In this document: positions 54,001-63,000 of the stretch, piece after piece
Layout: every line of letters begins with the position of its first letter
Position numbering within the stretch: the stretch's first letter is position 1
Source of the DNA: Octopus vulgaris
Taxonomy: Eukaryota
Direction of reading: 5' to 3'
Assembly (NCBI GenBank): GCA_951406725.2
Contig: OX597822.1
Span: 112,592,001 to 112,656,000, forward strand
DNA: 64,000 nt
Made by a program: the position numbers and the translations under genes
The notes under the pieces: generated by a model
The model's database searches: none
The model's input: only the letters and a program-made list of their open reading frames with translations
What the model was told of the DNA's origin: nothing

Positions 54001-57000
54001 GAGGCGACCAGATGAGTTTGAGATGAGATGTCTATGGGCTGTGGTTGGTGAGACACAGATGGACAGGATGAGGAGGTGTGAAGACGAGTAGGAATGAGAG
54101 AAAAACTAACAACCAAATTGGATAGACGAATGTTGAGGTGGTTTGGCCACATGGAGAGGATGGATGAGGAGCAGATGGTAAGGAGGGTGATGAGGGCTGA
54201 AGTGGTAGGGATCAGAACCAGGGGCAGACCTCAGTTTGTGTGGATGGATGGAATGAGGAAAACTTTGGTGGTTGGAGGTGTTGGAGTAACAGAGGCAAGA
54301 GAGTTTATAAACGATAGGAAAGCTTGGAGAGTGTTTTGTGGATGGATGAGTAAATTTTGATGTTGCTCAAAGGAGTACAGAACCAGCATATGCTGTTGGG
54401 TCCTGCTGCTGATATTGGGGGTTGCGTTCTATGCCTTGACCCAAGCATAGAATGAGCCGCTCCCCTTTGGGCCAGGAAATGAATGGGATGCCTGGTGTGT
54501 GTGTGTCTTGTGACTACCCCCTCCTTGTGCTTAGTATTATATATATATAAAATTTTTATAATTATGAGTATAATTATAATTAGGGTTCAGCAAAAAATTT
54601 GCTTCTTATGGTACAGAAATAGCTAGTTTTGGCTGCTATTTCTAAATTTCGGTATGTGGTGAAGCAAATTTTTTTGATGAACCTTAGTTATAATTATACT
54701 TATAATTATAAAAATTTTTGTTTAAGTTTACCGATAATGGTTCGTTTAACATGCTAAACTACTTAGTAAAATTATTAATTATTAATTAATTAATTTATTT
54801 TACCCTTTATTAGATATATATACTCTTTTTACTCTTTTACTTGTTTCAGTCATTTGACTGCGGCCATGCTGGAGCACCGCCTTTAGTCGAGCAAATCGAA
54901 CTCGGGACTTATTCTTTGTAAGCCCAGTACTTATTCTATCGGTCTCTTTTGCCGAACCGCTAAGTGACGGGGATGTAAACACACCAGCATCGGTTGTCAA
55001 GCAATGCTAGGGAGACAAACACAGACACACAAACACATACACACACATACATATATATATATATATACATATATACGACAGGCTTCTTTCAGTTTCCGTC
55101 TACCAAATCCACTCACAAGGCATCGGTCGGCCCGGGGCTATATCAGAAGACACTTTCCCAAGATGCCACGCAGTGGGACTGAACCCGGAACCATGTGGCT
55201 GGTTAGCAAGCTACTTACCACACAGCCACTCCTGCGTCTATATATATATATAATACTAATCACAAGGGCTGAAATTTGGGCGTAGGGGTGAGGCTAGTCG
55301 ATAAAAACAACTCCAGTATTTAACAGGATAGTAAACAAAATCGGCCTCTGCGAAATTTGAACTCAGAACGTAAAAAATTGACGAAATATGCGAAACATTT
55401 TGTTCCCGTTTCTTCAAATGATGTCAGCGAAGTTAATAATTCAAATTGGTGTCAAGGGAGGCTACAAAATTACTACAGTTCTTTCAAGGGAGATAACTTA
55501 CCACGCGACTAACTCTCCCAAAACACAAAAAAAAAAAAAAGATAATTAAAAGATGCCTCTTTTTTCCCCTTCCACTGAGTTAACAACAGGATATTCTTTT
55601 TACTCTTTTTTTTTTTTTTTTTTACTTGTTTCTGTCATTTGACAGTGGCCATGCTGGAGCACCGCCTTTAGTCGAGCAAATCGACCGCGGGACTTATTCT
55701 TTGTAAGCCGAGTACTTATTCTATCGGTGTCTTTTGCTGAACCGCTAAGTGATGAGGATGTAAACACACCATCAACGGTTGTCAAGCAATGCTAGGGGGA
55801 CAAACACAGACACACAAACACACACATACATATATATATACATATATACGACAGGCTTCTTTCAGTTTCCGTCTACCAAATCCACTCACAAGGCATTGGT
55901 CGGCCCGGGGCTATAGCAGAAGACACTTGCCCAAGATGCCTAATTAAGAAAAATTCTATTAAATTATGAAGTTGAAACTGAATAAATACTGTAAAACGGT
56001 GAAGATTTTCGACAAGGGATTAGAAAAAAAATAGGAAAACTATACTTCAGATTTCGTTTTGGGATTTGGTTTGCAAGATTCTTTACATGAGTTTGCGTGT
56101 TGAAGCATATTCTGTTGTGTCTGGGGAGAGTCATTCTCTTTTTGTGCCTTATAATTTAACACACTCACCAGTAAGATTTCCACTTATTTCTTATTTTTAT
56201 TTTTCCTAAAATTTTCCTTGCATCTTGCAACCTTTTCAATAGTCTTTGAAAAGGCTGCAAGACACAACGAAAATTTTAGGAAAATCATCGTTTAACGTCC
56301 GCTTTCCATGCTAGCATGGGTTGGACGGTTCAACTGGGGTCTGGGAAGCCTGAAGGCTGCACCAGGCCAGTCAGATCTGGCAGTATTTCTACAGCTGGAT
56401 GCCCTTCCTAATGCCAACCACTCCGTGAGTGTAGTGGGTGCTTTTTATGTGCCACCGACACAGGTGCCAGACGAGGCTGGCAAACGGCCACGCTCGGATG
56501 GTGTTTTTTTTACGTGCCACGGACACAGGTGCCAGACGAGGCTACCAAACGGCCACGCTCGGATGGTAAGAAATAAGTGGAAATTTTACTGGTGAGTGTG
56601 TTACATAATAAGGCACAAAAAGAAAATGACTCTCCCCAGACACAACAGAATGTACTTCAGATATTTCACAGGTTTTTGTTAAACAGCTTGTAAATATTGG
56701 TTTTAGATGTCATATCAGCACATTCAGCTCTGATTGAACACACATATTGATTCCAGATGAACGTAGGTGTAAAATATTAAATCTGTTTCCAATTGTAACA
56801 TCTTGTGTTTGCCCATTGTCACTTCAATAGTTCTTCTATTTTTTTTTTTGCCCCTCCCCTCTTTTCTCAAATTTATATTAGATCATTGATTTTCAAAATG
56901 GCCAATATATTGTTGCTCATTGATTTGATGTCTTATAGGTTGGGTTATTAGAAAGGTTTTATTGGGTTTTTACCAATGTTTAGCTTTGCTACAAAACCAG

Positions 57001-60000
57001 AGAATAATATTTTTAATTCAATTTAAAAATTAGGTGATAATACTCTTACTTGTTTCAGTCATGTGACTGCGGCCATGCTGGAGCATCACCTTTAGTCGAG
57101 CAAATCGACCCAAGGACTTATTCTTTGCAAGCCAAGTACTTGTTCTACCGTTTTCTTTTGCTGAACCGATAAGTTATGGGGACGTAAACACACCAGCATC
57201 GGTTGTCAAACGATGGGGGGGGGGGGCAAACACAGACACACAAACACACACACACATATATATATATATACATACATATATACATACATATATACATACA
57301 TATATACGACGGGCTTCTTTTCAGTTTCTGTCTACCAAATCCACTCACAAAGCTTTAATTGGCCCGAGGCTATAGTAGAAGACACTTGCCCAAGGTGCCA
57401 TGCAGTGGGACTGAACCCGGAACCATGTGGTTGGTAAGCAAGCTACTTACGACACAGCCACTCTATAGTGATGAAAAAAAAGCAACAGCTTTCATTTCGA
57501 TGCTACCAAATCTTTCCACTGAAAACATTTTAATGAATTAGATGCACAAATCAGTTTAAAACTTCAGAGTTCTTTGGCAGGAACCGTGTAGCAAGAAGAA
57601 GTAAGAATTGACTCACCTCACCCACCCAACTCAGTCTGATTGGTTGTATTTATTTGTGACTCAAGAAGGACATAAGCATTACAATCTCATTTGCTCTCAT
57701 ATAAACATGAGACAAACATGCTGCTTTTAGAATAAATATATACCTACCGCATCAGTCATTTTCCCTGGGGTGAGACAAGCTTCATCCAATAAAGCCAATA
57801 TTCCTTTATGGGATTGTTCAACCAAATCACAGATTATTTTGTTGTTGAAATAGTCTACCTGTTAAGAAAAACAATTTACTTTAGACATTAAAGACAATCT
57901 ATCAGTCCTTTGTTTTCTTAACTCTTTTGGTCCTAACCCTTTTGATACCAGTCATACCTTGATCTAAGATGCAAACTTTTTGTCTTAAGGTGATCTAAAT
58001 TAAAACCTGCATTCAAAATTTCATGTTAACTTATGTTCAAAACACCATTTGTACATAATGACAAGGTTATTTCATTAACCCTTTCGTTACTTTATTTATT
58101 TTGAGATGCTCTGTGTTTCTTTCAATTCCCTTAAATATAACAAAGAATTTAGTAAAATAACTTAGTTATCATTCAGCAAGTGTTAGGAGCATAAATTGTG
58201 ACTAAGGTTTGGTGGAAGATTTTAATTCAGAACTTATGAAAACAAGACATTTGTAGTCATAGCTGGAGCTGGTTTCAGTTGGGTTGGTAACAAAAGGGTT
58301 AAGAATTGTTTCTCTATTATATAGTTGAACCTTTTTGCTACCATATTTCTGTTGAGATGCTCTGTATTTCTTTCAATTACTTTAAATATAACAAAGAATT
58401 TAGTAAAATAACTTAGTTATCATTCAGCTAGTGTTAGGAGCATAAATTGTGACTAAGGTTTGGTGGAAGATTTTAATTCAGAACTTATGAAAACAAGACA
58501 TTTGTAGTCATAGCTGGAGCTGGTTTCAGCCGGGTTCGTAATGAAAGGGTTAAGAATTGTTTCTCTATTATATAGTTTAACCTTTTTGCTACCATATTTC
58601 TGTTGAGATGCTCTGTATTTCTTTCAATTACTTTAAATATAACAAAGAATTTAGTAAAATAACTTAGTTATCATTCAGCTAGTGTTAGGAGCATAAATTG
58701 TGACTAAGGTTTGGTGGAAGATTTTAATTCAAAACTTATGAAAACAAGACATTTGTACTACAGAGCCAGTTTCAGTCAGGTCGGTAACAAAAAGGTTAAA
58801 CCATTCATTGATTTTCAAAATTAATTTAAGCAATAATTGTGTACTCCAAATAAATATGCTAACAAACTGGCTTAACATTTATCAACTATAATTTAAATTA
58901 ACAACAACATAACAGTATTGTTTCTAAATTATTTACAAAAATTACCTGAATCAAAAGTACAAATTTTTTTTCAGGTAGGGTTCAGCTCAGCTAAAATAAA
59001 ACCAGTATACTTGGGTAGTATGTACACAAGGAGAGTTTTCAAGTGATGAGATACAGATGAAAGTTATATAAGTGCCAAGCTCTAATTGTGGAAGTAGACT
59101 CAGGAAGATGTGGGACGAAGTGATGAGAAAGGATCTTTGGATGCTGACCCTCACTGAGGAAATGACAAGGGACAGGAAGATGTGATGATTTGCTGTACTT
59201 GAGACATGTCAAGCTAAGTAAAACCACTGTCTTCTACATGTACAACCTTGTCCTTTGAGATGCCAGTGCCACTTAAAAAGCACCTGTGCCCATGCTGTGT
59301 TAACACACCTGTACTGGTGCTGCATAAATGCTCCTGTGCTAGTGGCATGTAACAAATATCCACTACATTTTATTTCTTTATTGCCCACAAGGGGCTAAAC
59401 ACAGAAAGGACAAACAAGGACAGACAAATGGATTAAGTTGATTACATCGACCCCAGTGCATAACTGGTACTTAATTTATCAACCCCGAAAGGATGAAAGG
59501 CAAAGTCGACCTCGGCGGAATTTGAACTCAGAAAGTAGCGGCAGACGAAATACCTATTTCTTTATTACCCACAAGGGGCTAAACACAGAGAGGACAAACA
59601 AGGACAGACAAATGGATTAAGTTGATTACATCGACCCCAGTGCATAACTGGTACTTAATTTATCAACCCCGAAAGGATGAAAGGCAAAGTCGACCTCGGC
59701 GGAATTTGAACTCAGAAAGTAGCGGCAGACGAAATACCTATTTCTTTATTACCCACAAGGGGCTAAACACAGAGAGGACAAACAAGGACAGACAAATGGA
59801 TTAAGTTGATTACATCGACCCCAGTGCATAACTGGTACTTTATTTAATCAACCCCGAAAGGATGAAAGGCAAAGTCGACCTCGGCGGAATTTGAACTCAG
59901 AACGTAACGGCAGACGAAATATGGCTACGCATTTCGCTCGGCATGCTAACGTTTCTGCCAGCTTGTCGCTTTATTATATATCCAGTACATTCTGCTAAGT

Positions 60001-63000
60001 GGTTGGTATTAGGAAGGGCATTCAGTCAAAGACAGCTTCCTAATAGCCAGCTCCATGTCAAACTGTCCAACCCATGCCAGCATGGAAAGCGGATGTTAAA
60101 CATTGATGATGATAATGATGAAGGAAAGAATGTGGAATTCATGTGACTCTTTATTATTCCCTACAATTGTTTCAACCCATCTTGCACTGGTGCCTCATTA
60201 GTGAGATGCTGTATAAGCAGGTTGTAGTGCATTGTAGCTGTGGATGTGTCACATCAAGTGACTTTTCAAAAGGTACCTTGTCTTTTAATCTCTGCTTAAC
60301 TTATTTCTGTCAGAAGACATGTTGGTACTCATGTTGAGGAATAATAATATACTGCGACTACCAAAACCTATTGCGATAGAAATAAGCAAAATGGAGACTA
60401 AAAAAAATAGATACCTTTTGAAAAGTCACCTATCAAGCACCGCAATTGTTTGTACAGCATCTCACTAGCAAGGCACAGGTGAACAAGGGTTATAACAATC
60501 ACAGTGAATAATAAAGGTTCTCATGAACTTCATTTTCTTTCTTTCCTGATATATATATATGACTTAATTTTTCCTCTCACACCATCTCTGATGAAGGGAT
60601 ATTATTAATTAATATCCTAGAAACCGCTGTAAGACATTCTATCTATAAATGCTCTAATATCTATACAGCCTTGGTTTTCTATCTCATTATGCAAAAAATT
60701 TGTATATTATATATATATATTGCCAGCACCGCCCCGACTTGCCTCGTGCCGATGGCACGTAAAAAGCACCATCCGTTCGTGTCCGTTGCCAGCCTTGCCT
60801 GGCCCTCGTGCTGGTGGCACATAAAAAGCACCATCTGTTCGTGGCCATTTGCCAGACTCGTCTGGCACCTGTGCGGGTGGCATGTAAAAAGCACCCACTA
60901 CACTCACGGAGTGGTTGGCGTTAGGAAGGGCATCCAGCCGTAGAAACACTGCCAGATTTGACTGGGCCTGATGAAGCCTTCTGGCTTCACAGACCCCAGT
61001 AGAACCGTCCAACCCATGCTAGCATGGAAAGCGGACGCTAAACGATGATGATGATGATGATGATGATGATGATATAACTGTTTTTTTCTGATTGCATGAA
61101 TCTTGTCCTGTCCAGCATCTCATCAGTTGTGTTTCTTTGTCATTTTCCAAGACTAGCTATTTTGTAATTCTTTTCATGCCTTCTTTATTCTTTCCCTTCC
61201 ACAAGCTCTTTCACCTTTGATTTGTACATCTTTATCCAACTGGTATCTACCATACTCATCTATTGTCTGTACCAGTCCAGTTTTGTCTCTTGAAACTACA
61301 TCCGATTTCTTATACTCAATTCTCTCTCTTAGTTAATTTCTGCTCCATCACTCAATGACACTCAAGTTACATATCCAGTGAAATAGCCTAATCAGCTTCC
61401 ATACATTCTTTGTACTCAGTGTTCATGCTTCTCTACTATACATCATAATCTGTTAATCATAATACAATCTTCTAAAAACTCAAAAAATCTGTTGCCAAAA
61501 GGCAATCATTGCTTGAATGTTTCCAATTCTAATCTTACACTTGGTGCTATTCTTTCAGAACAGCTTTTCTCATTAGCAATTAGGCCACTTAAGAAAACGG
61601 GAGCAGTAAACTATTTCTAAGGTTCCCTCTGGGCTTTTGTTGTTCTTACTTTTAACCACTCCTAAACAACTAATATACATGAAATCTTACTTCTCTTTCA
61701 GCTTTCCTATGGTCCCACAACATCTTTTGCTTGGTACACCATAAAGAATTCCTACCTACACCTTCAGTATTTTGAGCATGGCCACTTCTAAGACAGCATC
61801 AATATTTTCTATTCTTTTTTGGAACTAAGACCCTTGTCTTTGTGCTAAGTTTATAATGAGACCCCTAATTCTAGGTTTTGTTCTCAAGTTTAAAATTTCT
61901 TCTCTAATTCTTCAACAGATTTGCCTAAGATGGCGGTATACAGAAGTTTCCACAATCACTCTTAAACTTTTCTGTTGTGACCTGAAAACCCTAATGGACA
62001 CCTTCCAGCAATTCCTTACTGAACTCATTATTAACTTTCAGATTACTGAGAGTATCTCTGTACATGGTTTGCATGTCTCTAACAAGCCATTGGTACCTAG
62101 TTTTTTTTTTGGTACACCAGATTATAGAGTATTCTCCAGGTTACTGAATATTAGACAGAGTGACTTGCTCTTTGTCAAGAACCTCTCCTGTGGTTATCTC
62201 ACTAGGAAGTGGGCATTGGTACAACACTAAATGATTATCTCAAAAGGAAAAGGACATCAGTATTTGCCTATCCTTGCACAATTCTGAGCAGCGTTTCCTC
62301 TAATTCTTTTACCTAATTAGTTGTGCCACAATTCCACTTACATGATATGATCCATCATTTCTATTACTTCATTGCTCAATTGACTGCAACTGAACAGCAT
62401 GCATCTTACTTCACTGTATATTTTCAGCATTTCAGCCACTGTCCTTGATAATCTGATTGCTTTCCTTACCTTCATATCTCTTGATTGTATAGCTTTCAAC
62501 TATAATAGCTGAAACCTTTGTTAGATTAACAAAGTGTAGACTCTCTCTCTCTTACATATATTTTAGCATTCAGCAACTTCTCATAATAATATTTCTATAC
62601 CTTCTCTTTGACATCAGTGAAAGTCAGTGTACCACAATCATTCATATACATTTTTCACCAATGACTGGCTACATGCATTATACTTGACTCAGTGTTTCGT
62701 CATGTGGAACACCTCACACCTGTTATGTTACAGAACAGAGTAAAACCACATGTTCTACTTATTTTCTTTTGTAAAGCAAATCTAATGTTTAGCTTCTGAC
62801 ATTGTTCTCTGCTCCTCACAAGTCTCTTCTTTTATGGCTCAATTTTCATACCGTTCCACAGTAATGCTACCTTCCATATTTAGTGGAGGCGCAATGGCCC
62901 AGTGGTTAGGGCAGCAGACTCGCAGTCATAGGATCGCGGTTTCGATTCCCAGACCGGGCGTTGTGAGTGTTTATTGAGCGAAAACACCTAATAGCTCCAC

